A stretch of 56,231 bases of DNA, filler included, from Catajapyx aquilonaris (lineage: Eukaryota), in assembly GCA_000934665.2 (NCBI GenBank). It is 2 parts of 2 records of this genome, joined end to end, with 100 filler letters (N's around TTAATTAATTAA, not from the genome) between each part and the next. Parts side by side here need not be neighbours in the genome. Positions count along the whole stretch, not along the records: positions 28,229 to 56,231 come from KZ539259.1; 1 more part is not named here. The stretch is one strand, 5' to 3'. A program made the position numbers and the translations under genes. Every line of letters begins with the position of its first letter. Positions within the stretch are counted from its first letter, which is position 1. The notes under the pieces are model-generated. The model had not been told where the DNA came from and ran no database searches. It saw nothing but the letters and a program-made list of their open reading frames with translations. This document shows, one piece after another, positions 39,764 through 50,930 of the stretch.

Positions 39764-39926
39764 TAGTCCGTTAAACGAGAGAATGATATGACGTCACACC
39801 AGCTGTGTTTTCGGAACATGCGCAGTAGGATGCTTGCAGAGCGATTTTGGGACGTGATAGGAGGGAAGAGCTGGGTGGAGGCAGGGCTGAATGTGACATC
39901 ATATCGTTCTTTCGTTCAACAGACTA
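39764..39926. mobile_element. Small MITE family E, copy 1
   Basis: Imperfect TIRs of about 35 bp (AGTCCGTTAAACGAGAGAATGATATGACGTCACA). Inverted homolog at 46387-46549. Confidence 0.8.
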
Positions 39927-41063
39927 TGTGTCTGGTTTAAAAAATGTCATCTCCTTGAGTAGAAGAAGTTTTTTCAAACAATATGCAATAAAGGAGTGAA
40001 ACCCAGAACCAGGGCTGCAAAACTAAACTAAACCAAAGTGAAAGAACCATATCTCCTGCGTTTCTCGCTAGCATCTGTTCACAGAAAGGATTTCTGGAAC
40101 CGAAATGAAATGCACTAATGAAAATAATGTTGGAACTGAAAGCCAATGAAACAATACTCAGGATTCTCGGAGAGAAATGATTAGAGAATCAAAAGTGATT
40201 TACGTTCCACTGACATGGTTACTGAACTGATTTGGTTTCAGTCCGAGCTTGGACTGATGAACATTTCGTTTCGTTCATCTCGTCATAGCTGTAACCAGCG
40301 TGCTGTTCCATTGCGGCCGAGTTGGGACGTACCTGCAGTGTTGGCTGCCTATGGTGAAGGGGGCCGACTCTCATGCGCGTGTTCTCGCCTTGTTATTTAT
40401 TTCCGTTCTCTTGGCGCACAGTAGGACGAATCCAGAAAATGGCGGACGAAAATCGAATTTTGAATTTTTAGGTATGACCTTGACATTGGCGTACATTACA
40501 CAACAAGGGGTTGGGCCATATGAAACAGGGCCTGTTTATTCTGTACATTTTGCGTGAAGAATGCCCCATGGTCCCAAAGTCACAAGAAAAAGAATGTGTG
40601 AATTGGTGGTCAAAATATGCTTCACTTTGACATTAGCTTGAGGTGGTTAAACACAGCGGGTTAAAATAATTACCTACCTGGCCTGGTAAGATCATTTAAT
40701 AAATAATGGCAAAACACAAAAATTGCCGATTTTAAAATTAGTATTAACCTATAAAATAAAAATTTCCATGACAGCCGTACCTGACATTATTTTTTATGTA
40801 AACACAGTTTTACAAAACGCGCTAATTGCGCCTATGACACGAAAATGGTACCATCTTGATCTACAAACTGTGGTATCAGGCAAAAAAATATTCAGCTGCG
40901 GCACGCCGCAGCTGGTGATTCTATGACAATATTTGTACTGAAAAGTATTTTAAAAAGGAATTTCATTTATCGCTTTGGCTCCTTTTATGATCTGAATTCT
41001 GGAGAAAATTTGCGAAGGAGGGCAATGCATTAAGCTTTTACGCAATTCACTTCTTAAGCATTT

Positions 41064-41379
41064 AATAATATTAATAATAATTTACCCCGTGATAGAGCCA
41101 TTGGCTCCCTTAGAGGGGGAGTTCATCCCAATTTTTTTGTCAGGAACTCTTTGCTTTTTACTTTTTGCTTCGCTTTTTGGGAAGGGATAGGGATGGAAGG
41201 AAGTGGCTGTAGCCTGTTAATTACGGAAACAACTCCGGAATTTTCCTGGAGGGACCGTGGGAAACCACGGAAAACCACGGTAAACCACGGTCAGAGTTGG
41301 CGGTCCCGGGATTTGATCCCCGGACCTCTCGATTAGCAGCCGGATACCATATTTCCTGACCTACTGCTGCTTCGGTAAC
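41064..41379 (-). mobile_element. tRNA-derived SINE, family F, copy 1
   Basis: Homologous to 54122-54403. Central GGAAGGAAGTGGCTGTAGCC...CCTGGAGGGACCGTGGGAAACCACGGAAAA resembles a conserved arthropod SINE domain. TSD TCTTAAG(C/A)ATTT. Confidence 0.85.
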
Positions 41380-41402
41380 TCTTAAGAATTTCCTCCAACG
41401 TG

Positions 41403-41958
41403 AATGCAGTTATTGTTCCTACGCGCGGGGGAAATCCCTCACTGGTAAACTAAACGTGCCATGAAAGACAGATCAGTGGACCCATAATTGTTCCGATTTG
41501 GGCTCTCCGTTCTTCATGCATACATCCGTTTTTTTGAGTGTGTGTTACATATCTCATATCGACTGCCATTGAAGACATGGAAAGTGAGTCAAAAAATGAC
41601 TATCAAAACCTGCTAAGTACAATATTATACAAAATAATTTCTTCTGAATTGCTCGTAGGTTTTCAAAAGTGACAAAAAGAGTTTCGAAGCCCGGAAAAAA
41701 GAAATTCTAAAGAAATTTAGAGATGAAATGGGCCTGATTGTGGATGTGCCAATACCAGGTTATGGCACATCCAACAATGGCAATACAGCCAGGAAGTTTT
41801 TTTCTGATGCCAAAGTAGCATCCGAAATAACTGGTAGGTCTGAATGGGAATGCACTACAGGCAATGCCATTTGCCTCATTGCAAATTTTTCTTACTCAGG
41901 AATAGATGAAGAACTTATTCGAAGATTTGGTGTCATTTTGAAGGCTCTGAACAGCTGA
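41403..41958 (+). pseudogene. Spliced Transib (RAG1-related) transposase fragment, three exons
   Basis: Removing introns 41584-41658 and 41834-41899 gives FRFGLSVLHAYIRFFECVLHISYRLPLKTWK-VFKSDKKSFEARKKEILKKFRDEMGLIVDVPIPGYGTSNNGNTARKFFSDAKVASEITG-IDEELIRRFGVILKALNS. This is colinear with the Transib core as recalled. Upstream stops and a frameshift indicate decay. Confidence 0.9.
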
Positions 41959-43036
41959 CATGCTGATTCTCATTGTACATGTGGGCTCATTGTTTGTGTA
42001 TGAATGAATGTGCACATCATGAAAGTGTCTCATGTGCTTTGTGTTAATCGTAATCAAGGATTCCTGAAACAAGTAAGCCTTTCTGAAACTGATTAACGGG
42101 GTGTTCCACGAGGCCCCTACCAGTTGCGGGTTGCGGTCATAGATTACGCAACTGTGTAAACATGGGAATCGTATGCAAAATACTTCTGGAGAAATTCTAA
42201 TGGCGGTCATCCATACTTCTTACACGCACTTCCAGAAGCTGCAGCGATCCACGCACCTTCACCTTGGCCGTAACTCATCTTGAAATAATATTTCGATGCA
42301 GCCTAGTCTCGTCTCCAGCAGGATGTAGGTAGTCAAATGAGTCCGAGGAGCCCCTCGCACGCATGACAACACTAATGATAATAATATTCCGTACCGCCAA
42401 CAGTCCAGTATGGCCTGTACTCTAGGCCAGAGTTTCTCAAACTGTGGCAAACTGGCAGCACACCATACCTGTGTGCTGCCCCTACACAGGCGGCAGAGCA
42501 CTGGTTTCCATACCCGAAATGAAACCGCTTACCCAGGTTCCGATTTGTTTGGTTCCTGAAACGATTAGCCTTATCTGGCGGAACAAAACGAAAACAGAAC
42601 AAGAAGGAGATTCATTTTGAACTGCCCGTTCAGTTCCTGAGAATCGTTTCGTTTCCTTAACGAAAGAGAACGTGGTCTGGATAATCTCGTTTCCTTTCCG
42701 AACCAAAATGGTATACTAACAGCGTTTGTATTTGTTTCTGTCTGAACAAAACTTCTCTTTCGTTTAGTTTAGTTTTGCAGTCCTGCCCGGAACACAATTT
42801 TGAAACGTCAGTTCTCTGAGTTGTAAATACATTGTAGCCTACTCCCGAATTATCCGGGTGCGGATTATTATCCGTGTATCGCTAAAGCAAAACAAAGCAA
42901 ATCAAAATCCAAAAAATGTCCAATTTTCTCCTCCATCACGATAACTCGTCTGCCCAAATGGCCAACCTAACCATTTAGTTACTGGAGTCCACAGAGGTTA
43001 AACTTGAACTGAAACTTAAAATTAAACTTTAACTTT

Positions 43037-43266
43037 AAAATCGTGTGCATGGAAGTTAGTTTTCTAGCCCAGAAGAAGCTGTTAATGTTTTGTAAAATCA
43101 GCCTATAGCACTTGAAGAAAATGAGTTTAAAGAGTGCTTTCAAAAATGGTTTATGAGAATGAAAAAATTGACAGAATGTCATGATTATTTTGAGAGAATA
43201 GGGTAATCAAAATGATTTTATGTATTTAATTTTTTGCGTATCTCAAAACTTTCGTAGTGTTCCTTG
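43037..43266 (+). pseudogene. mariner transposase C-terminal remnant plus right TIR
   Basis: SSPEEAVNVL*NQPIALEENEFKECFQKWFMRMKKLTECHDYFE resembles mariner C-termini (FSSPEEAV...CFENWFERMQKCI...EYFE). Ends ...GTGTTCCTTG|TA. Confidence 0.7.
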
Positions 43267-43413
43267 TATAAAAGATGCATTACTACTAGAGAGTAAAAAT
43301 GAATCAAGAATATTTTCCAACCTCTATCTACTTAAGATGCTCATGTAAATCAGGTTAGCATAACATCAGTCCGTTTCTAGCAAGCCATTACTTTAATCCA
43401 TCTCTCTTTTCAG

Positions 43414-43554
43414 CCTCTTCCTGTCCAGCTCAATGCATGGCCACTATCTGAACTCTCACCACGGACCATCATTTTTGTACTCTGTTGGCCTTTCATCGTT
43501 CAGTTCCTGATATCCGTATTTCGCTCGAGGAGGCATCGTGCTATGAGGAATTGA
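43414..43554 (+). CDS. ACBD5: ACBD4/5-like terminal exon: tail-anchor TMD plus basic tail (AWPLSELSPRTIIFVLCWPFIVQFLISVFRSRRHRAMRN*)
   Basis: CTCTCTTTTCAG acceptor, phase 0. Matches the ACBD5 C-terminus as recalled (WWPFEMSPGVLTFAIIWPFIAQWLVYLYYQRRRRKLN). Confidence 0.92.
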   Translation, partial: PLPVQLNAWPLSELSPRTIIFVLCWPFIVQFLISVFRSRRHRAMRN

Positions 43555-43662
43555 GCTAGATTCAGAGTTAAGCCCCCTTTTTAAAAGATTGTTTTAGTTG
43601 TTTTTTGTTATTTTTGGTACCAACGAGGTCGAACTCATTGTACTTGATATTATTGAATTATA

Positions 43663-44225
43663 CAGGGGGTTTCAGAGTTACGGGTCAAGCGCTTGTGAGG
43701 GGGTGGGGAAAAATCGTAGGTGGCGACAACCCCGGTCGGTTTTATAAAACAATTAGAAATGCGGCAGTAATCTATTTATTTATTACGGCCTTGACGTCAC
43801 ATCCTTTCTGTTCGAATTGACTGGTGTGGACTGGCAGATGCAGCATAGGTTGAACGGCTTTTTAGCCTTGCGGGCTGCACTGAAAAAGGTGCTCTCCTCT
43901 ATACCGGTAGGGTACTGTACAAAGTAGTGTACTACTGTACAGTAGTGTGTACAGTACCCTGCCGGTATAGCATGAGAGCGCCTTTTTCAGTGCAACCTGC
44001 AAGGCTAAAAAGCCGTTCAACCAGGTTCAACCCACTAGTGCACGTGCCAGTCTGCGCCAGTCAATTCGAACAGAAAGGATGTGAATTCACGCCGTACGTC
44101 CGTAATAAATAAATTGATTACTGCCGTATTTCTTATTGTTTTATAAAACCGACTGGGGTTGTCGCCACCTACGATTTTTCCCCACCCCCTCGCACGCGCT
44201 TCACCCATGACTCTGAAACACCCTG
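43663..44225. mobile_element. Tc1/mariner-type palindromic MITE immediately downstream of the ACBD5-like stop codon
   Basis: TA|CAGGGGGTTTCAGAG ... CTCTGAAACACCCTG|TA. Arms are complementary over about 270 bp. Confidence 0.92.
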
Positions 44226-44854
44226 TACAAGGCATTTTGTAACAAGACTGGGAAACTTTGGGGATGAATTTTTGGTCTGGTATGTCTTCATCACTGTTAG
44301 ATGTGTGTCCCAGCAAGGCATTGTGTTGGCAGCACCAGCTTAGCATGGTGGATTCATCTTAGGGTTCCATGCAGTTAAGTTGGCTAGCTAGAATTTTAAT
44401 GAGGTACCATGTCAAGTTATACATTTACCACCACAAAGCTGAAGTGAGACATGTGTAATTGAATTTTTACCATGCAGTGTTGCATACTCTGGTAGGATTC
44501 CAACTTGTACAGCTTGCCTGCAAACTAAGCTATAGATCATGTGCAACCAGCTAGACACTAATTGTTCAGCTGCATTGAGTTTTGTACACTTCTGGAGAAA
44601 AAATTGCCTTGCACCCTGGCAAGCAATGTTAATGGGGATGCAGTTGGAAGTGTGCAGGAATCAACTTGCACTCTGCACACTTCGACCTGGACCCTCATTG
44701 GCCCTGCTTGCTGGGGTACAAGGCAATTTTTTCCAGTAGTGTATGGTATATGGCCATGCTTCACAAGTTGCAAATCTTCCCGTTATTGTACATTACGTGA
44801 TAAAAATCAAGTTAGTGATTGTCAACCGATTGACACTGCTCTGCAATGTTATCC

Positions 44855-44966
44855 CAAGGGGTTAGCAACTCCCTAAAAAAGTGTACACCAGATCCTGAAA
44901 CTGGGAGGTTCCACCTGGTTCCTTGGCCAGTGTGTACACCGGTTCCAGGGAGTTGCTAACCCCTTG
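44855..44966. mobile_element. Tiny hAT-like MITE (112 bp)
   Basis: TIR CAAGGGGTTAGCAACTCCCT / AGGGAGTTGCTAACCCCTTG; perfect 8-bp TSD TGTTATCC. Confidence 0.9.
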
Positions 44967-45812
44967 TGTTATCCCTTTGGCCCCTAAAATTAACTCCCAA
45001 AGTTTTTTAGTCTAGTTACGAAACAACCTGTATATTTAGGGGAGGTCTAAAGTTAAGTGGTAGCTGAAAGAAAGAGCATAATTAAAATAAGATATGGGGT
45101 TTATTTAACACTTAATTATGCCTCAGTGCATTTTTCAGATGTATTTTTTTAGTACAAAAAATATTCAGTGTGAGTCTTGATATATATTAGTCAGTGCTAG
45201 CTAACTCTTTTATACGAAGGGTAAGGCAATGCACTAAGGCATGGTTGTACTAAGTTACAGGCAACTTTTAGAGAATGGAAAGAAAGACAAACTTGGAATT
45301 TCAGTAATATGTAGCCAGTGTTAAATAACTGGAATTCCTGGTGGTGGTGCTCTATAAATATGAGTATCAGGCTCATTCCTATTGAAAGATTTTTAAATGC
45401 TCATGGACATGCAATAGTGTCATACGCATGATCAAGGAAGATGGATACATAAACCACCATTGTTGAATGGAATACATTCCCTTATGTGAATAGATTTTCC
45501 AGTTCATAGCATGTAAGAACACACAGAAAGTGTTCTTCTATCACATTCAAGAAATGGTAGGTTTAAAAACAATTCATAATTCCTGCTTGTAAATAACCCT
45601 GAGCAGCATGTGATAAAATATCGGGTGACACTATGTGTCCTTCTTATGGCTATTTCCAATCCAAAGTGAAATTTTATATGATTATATCCTGGTGGATTTT
45701 TATATTATGGTGCTTTGTTTTTCAGTATAAGGTTAGTGTGGGCTCTCTATTCCTTGATGTGCATAATAATTCATGGGTTTTGTGCAACTAAGCTGGAAAT
45801 GCCATATTGGGG

Positions 45813-46155
45813 TTTTTTTTTTTTTTTCATTACCCCACGGGGGGAGTTATACTACTCCTTAGGGGGGGTGGGTTGCCACCTTTGGAATTGTTTTTGGAGC
45901 GAGTTTAAGAAGAATCTTAATTAGTATGCTCCAACGGTGGGTGGGAGGGGATGTGCAAAGTGCAAGTGCAATGTCTCTAATCGTCATTTTGTGAACTCCC
46001 CCGGGTGGCTTAGTCTGCCGGAAATTGCCACCCGAAACGAAGCCAGAGATGGCCCAACTCTGCACGAAAGAAGGTGGGAACCCCGGGTGGGGATTGAACC
46101 CGGGACCTCAACTTCCGTGGGCGCGCGCGTTACCGCGGCGCCACTCCGTCTCCCC
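45813..46155 (-). mobile_element. tRNA-derived SINE, family D, copy 2
   Basis: Near-identical reverse complement of 33089-33411. Poly(T) on + strand. TSD CCATATTGGGG. Confidence 0.94.
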
Positions 46156-46386
46156 CCATATTGGGGAAATTTAATGGTAACACTGCATCTGTAGGGTGTT
46201 TATCTGCTTAAGTTGACAATCCAAACAAGAGGGACAAGGGAGTGCTGATGTATTTGTCATTCATGGGACATATTTGAACTCGCCCAGACATTGCACAAGG
46301 TTTACATCCTTTTTCACTTCTTTGCGTATTTTTTGTTCATGCTCAAAGCACGCAGAGGGGGACTCTTCCCCCCTGTCCTCCAGTTA

Positions 46387-46549
46387 CAGTCCATTAAATG
46401 AAAGAATGATATGACGTCATGTTCAGCCCCGCCTCCACCTGTCTCTTCCCTCCTATCATGTCCCCAAATCGCTCTGCAAGCATACTACTGTGCATGCTCA
46501 GAAAAGATGGCTGGTGTGACAGCATATCGTTCTCTCGTTTAAAGAACTG
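46387..46549. mobile_element. Small MITE family E, copy 2
   Basis: TA|CAGTCCATTAAATGAAAGAATGATATG ... CATATCGTTCTCTCGTTTAAAGAACTG|TA. Inverted relative to the 39764 copy. Confidence 0.82.
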
Positions 46550-46988
46550 TAGTACCTATCAACTTGAGCAGAGAACCGTCATAGGTTATACACATTCTCT
46601 CAGTTGAGTGACAGGCTATAATTGCAGAATCTCATTGTTGCTATCATAGATATTTCACCAGGAACACTGAAAGTTCCCAATGTACATTTGCTAATTATGC
46701 CTAGGCTAAGCAAATGATATTCTGCATTGTTAAGTTGGATTCCAAATTATCATTCCATCTTAATTGTGATTAATTGATTTACATGTGAACATCTCAGTTC
46801 CATTGGTTTTATCCTTTTCTTCAGCTTTTTAGGAAACAAAGCAACTTCCAGATTATTATATTTTATTTGTAAATGATAAGATTGCAATTTTATTTTTATC
46901 AGGCATGTGATAATGTTAAATCTATTTCAATTCACTCAATTTTATGGGTAGTTTGTAAGGGACATTACACCATTGGTGCTGACACTTA

Positions 46989-47356
46989 CAAGGGAATGAC
47001 CAAGGATGGTAACCTCCGATTTGGCTGAAACGTGCCTGAGGAGTCAATCATGTGCCATAAACACAGTGTGAAAGTCCTAAGTGACCGTTTCCAGCCGTTT
47101 CCGAGATATGTGCAACAGAAAAATCCGAATTTTGGCCACTCGTATAGGTGTCGGGTGGGAAGGTACAAGTGCAAGGCCCGGCAAGGCCCCTATTCCCCTG
47201 TATGTGCTGGCAAAATTCAGATGTTTCTGTCACTCATATCTCGGAAACAGCTGAAAACAGTCACTTAGGACTTTACCACTATGTGTATGGCACATGATTG
47301 ACCCCTCACGCAAGTTTCAGCCAAATCGGAGGTTACCACCCTTAGTCATTTTCTTG
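46989..47356. mobile_element. Palindromic MITE with arms of about 150 bp
   Basis: GGTAACCTCCGATTTGGCTGAAAC / GTTTCAGCCAAATCGGAGGTTACC, with continued imperfect complementarity. Confidence 0.85.
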
Positions 47357-47379
47357 TTAGCAGACCTTCTGTGTGATAA

Positions 47380-47549
47380 GGGGCTGTACACATATTACGG
47401 CGTCACATTTTTGACATTTTCGAGCGCCCCCCCCCCCCACCCCCCCCCNTGGTTTATTCATCCCAACTTGGACCCCCTCCCCCGCTCGTCATCTTTGGTC
47501 TTCAGGTACCAACCTCCCCTCGATGATGATGTAATATGTGTACGACCCC
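47380..47549. mobile_element. PIF/Harbinger-like MITE
   Basis: TAA|GGGGCTGTACACATATTAC ... GTAATATGTGTACGACCCC|TAA. Confidence 0.85.
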
Positions 47550-48113
47550 TAAGTTTTCATATTTAATATTTGAAGCTAAAATTGATTTTAATCTAGCATC
47601 TCTGTTATTTATATGATTGAGGAATGAGACTTTTATGACCACAGAGAAAGGCTGTGTGTGTCCCCAATGACAGGAATAGATTTTCTCCCTCCTGAATCAA
47701 ATATTGGCACTTACAGTTTTGTTGCATGAAACTTTAGAATGAAGGTGTTGCAACAGCCACATTCCAGTGGCACCCTTACAGGGTCTTAATGATATGTCTG
47801 TGGAATTATTGTGTCCCTCTTGCCTTGTACCAATAATGTTACTGTGTGATTGGGAATTGGTGTGCACCTGTTAGGTGAGAATTATGATACGTATACAATA
47901 CCAATGAAATAATTTCCATTATACTTAATTTCTTTGGTCATAATCATGGTGCTGTTTTCTGAAGAACTGTAATTTAGCATAGGTTTGCTATATTTGACTT
48001 CTCATTGGTTGTGCACATAGTCTGCATTACTGTAATATTAACAAATGTCTGATGATCAAATATACTACTAGGATCATTTGTCCACTGTTTTGAACTGTCC
48101 AGCAAAGTACATA

Positions 48114-48759
48114 CTGGGTGTTTCCAATCTATTTTTACAAACTGCTAGAGTGTGGAGGGAGGCAGAGACGATCAGTTTTGACCAGCCCCCGGACACATAC
48201 TACATTCTGATCTTATCGCCTGCCGGGGCGTTTTGCAGGGGGTGCTCACCTGAGAGCGCCATGAGACATTTCAGAGCACTGGTATGTGGCAACCCTACCG
48301 GACTACGCTGAACTTTATAGGTACGAAAGGGAAGCGCTACATGCGGGCCCAACATGGCTGTCGGCGACCATGTTGGGTCCCCCAATGTAGCCCTTCCCTT
48401 TCGTACCTATAAAGTTCAGCGTAGTCCGGTAGGGTCGCCACAAACCAGGGGTTCATAGACAAGGAACGGGTGTGCTCAGACACGTCATATGGGAGGCGCT
48501 AGGCGAGCGGGATAGATGGCGCGCAGTTGTTGCCAGGTTATGGAGTATCGCGTCATTGTTGACTATCCGAGCGCCATCTATCAACAAAACAGTCTGCTCG
48601 CCTAGTGCCTCCCGCGTGACGCGTCTGAGCGCACCCATTCCTTGTCTATGAACCCCCTCTAGATGGTGTTTCCGGACATGGGTGCATTGGTCAAAACTGA
48701 TGGTCTCTGCCTCCCCTACACACCCTAGCAGTTTGTAAAGCTAGCTCGGAAACATCCTG
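48114..48759. mobile_element. Tc1/mariner-type MITE enclosing two further palindromes (48279-48448, 48448-48657)
   Basis: Outer TIRs of about 70 bp flanked by TA. Inner inverted repeats CCCTACCGGACTACGCTGAACTTTATAGGTACGAAAGGGAAG and GGGGTTCATAGACAAGGAA. Confidence 0.85.
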
Positions 48760-50033
48760 TATACTAATTAGATTTAAAACAAAATTTAAAATATACTTAA
48801 TTGCCGCAATAGAATGAGGTTCAGTGACTCGAAGAGTGCCCAGGGAACCTGAGGAATGGCTTTGGAGGCAGTAGACATACTCAAACCAAGCAATGGTGGT
48901 TGTAGGTGAATGGTGGAAATGAAAAGACCGTAATGAATGGCGTGAGTGTGGGGAGAAAATGGTATATGTGAGTGTTACCTTGTGCAAATGATGACTGGTA
49001 ACATGAAAATGTTGTTTCATGCCATCTCACTAATTCCAATTGTAAGTCTCATTGACATTTGATCAATTAGTAGTAATTAAATTTAGTGGAAGCAAAGGAT
49101 GTATCACATTGACTATTTCTAGACTATTGCATCATGAAAACTTGCTGGCTATTTTGGGACATGTGGACCTCAGGGACATGACTGATTTGATGAGTTGTGC
49201 AGCTGAAGTGCATTTTTTTCTCTCTTTAATGCAGAATGATCAGAGTCTCATTTTAGCCAAAAGTTAATTACAACAGTCCTTGAGGGATACTTTCTGATAA
49301 GATCAGATTTCTGATTGAGAAATTACAGCCCCCTGGGGAAATTTTGGAAAACAATATTCATCCCTTAAGCAATAATACAATCATCAAACGTCAAACCCTC
49401 AGAGCTTAAAATTAGTCAAATGTGACTGTGATAGTTCTGTATTTCAGGTTTATATACTGCATACAGGGTGTTCCAAGTATCATGGTTGTTTTAAGTTATC
49501 ACTAACATTGCCCGAAGTAGTTTTTGTGTGCAGCTTGTTGGGCTTTGATTCACAGGTGCTCAATTATTCCAGATGGTCAAATATAACAGTTGGTGTATAA
49601 TAGAGAACCTCAATAGGAGCGAAACAAGCTACAAAAAAAATTCAGCTTCAATCTTCAGTAACTAAACCAATCTGCATACTTGCAGCACCCTTCATATGAA
49701 TACCTTATTGTTGCCGCGTATACTGTGGCATGCAGGTATAAGCCGAGGATGACCAGGGGCTGGTGTAGTACCCCAGGGGAGGTGAGGAGCTGGTTGCATA
49801 CACAATGTAAACTCACAGGAAGTGGTCGATCCCATGTTATAGATGTAGGATTAATATGTTTAGGTTTGACATTGTGTATGCCACTGGCCTTAAGTGATGG
49901 ATATTTACCTTGTATAGTGCAGGCAGCCTTCGGGAACCACACAAATAATGATGTCAGCCTAATTCAAGTGGACTCGCCTGCACAAATATAGGATAGAATA
50001 GGGTTGATCAGGGCGCAAGTTTCTACTTTATAT

Positions 50034-50930
50034 CCTCCTGAGACCTGAGAAGAATTTTTTAACGCAATGTCAGTTCCTATTGCATTTTCTGAACATGTTC
50101 CCAATAAGAAACGAGAGAAATTTTTTAGTTTTAAAATATCGACAAAAATGGCGACAAACAACCAATGAGAACATTAGGACCCAATTGGTGCTACAAAAGC
50201 AGAACGGATGAAAGCTGAAAATTGAAATACCACTTAATGGATCACTCACATAGTGCTCTATCCTCCAAACAATGTCTTTAAAATTTATTTGTGGTATTCG
50301 TGGTAGCAATTCCTCTCAGAAGACAATTAAAGATAAATGAAATTATTTTTTAACGCCACCACTCCAGGGATGGGGTTTGCTCCTTCCCTTCTTATCCGCT
50401 AAAGTGGTACCTTACTATTCTAGATTTCAAAACTGAACTGCATAGTGCAAAGCGCACTTCCTTATGGGTGTATAGGTACAGGCACGTAAAGAAAAGTCCC
50501 ACCCATTCAGCTAAAAATGCCATTTTTCGGATGTCCATTTAAATGGGCATTTGGTCTCAGGAAGAAAAGAAAATTACCAGTTCTCTACAGCAACAAAGAT
50601 TGTCACAGAATCATCTTTTCGCAGTTCCTAAGACACATTCCTTGCGAATCCCAGGACATTCACTGCATTGCGAAAATCGCATTTTAAATATGAGTAAAAA
50701 AATAAAACTGATCAGATGAGCGCCTAAGCTTCAGCAGCGGAATCCGCCATTTTGTCCGCGATTTAATTTTCGCGGCCCAAGCCAGATATTCGACACTAGG
50801 TGGCTGCAGCTATTGAGGCCAGATTGTAACCATGCGATACCAGCATATTACAGTTCTGTTGGCATCACTGGTTGGCGCCAAAAAAATCTTTTGTTGATGT
50901 CGACATATGTCGACACCAGGTCTCAGGAGG
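50034..50930. mobile_element. piggyBac-like non-autonomous element with ATAT target duplication
   Basis: ATAT|CCTCCTGAGACCTG ... CAGGTCTCAGGAGG|ATAT. Confidence 0.8.

Larger units (their letters stand above)
40417..41958 (+). mobile_element. Truncated Transib DNA transposon (left terminus plus transposase fragment)
   Basis: CACAGTAGGACGAATCCAGAAAATGGCGGACGAAAATC terminus after GC-rich TGGCG, with a Transib transposase remnant downstream in the same orientation. No right TIR found. Confidence 0.65.
40010..42785. mobile_element. hAT-like non-autonomous element (about 2.8 kb) with nested Transib fragment and SINE
   Basis: TIR CAGGGCTGCAAAACTAAACTAAAC / GTTTAGTTTAGTTTTGCAGTCCTG; 8-bp TSD CCC(A/G)GAAC. 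Confidence 0.85.
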
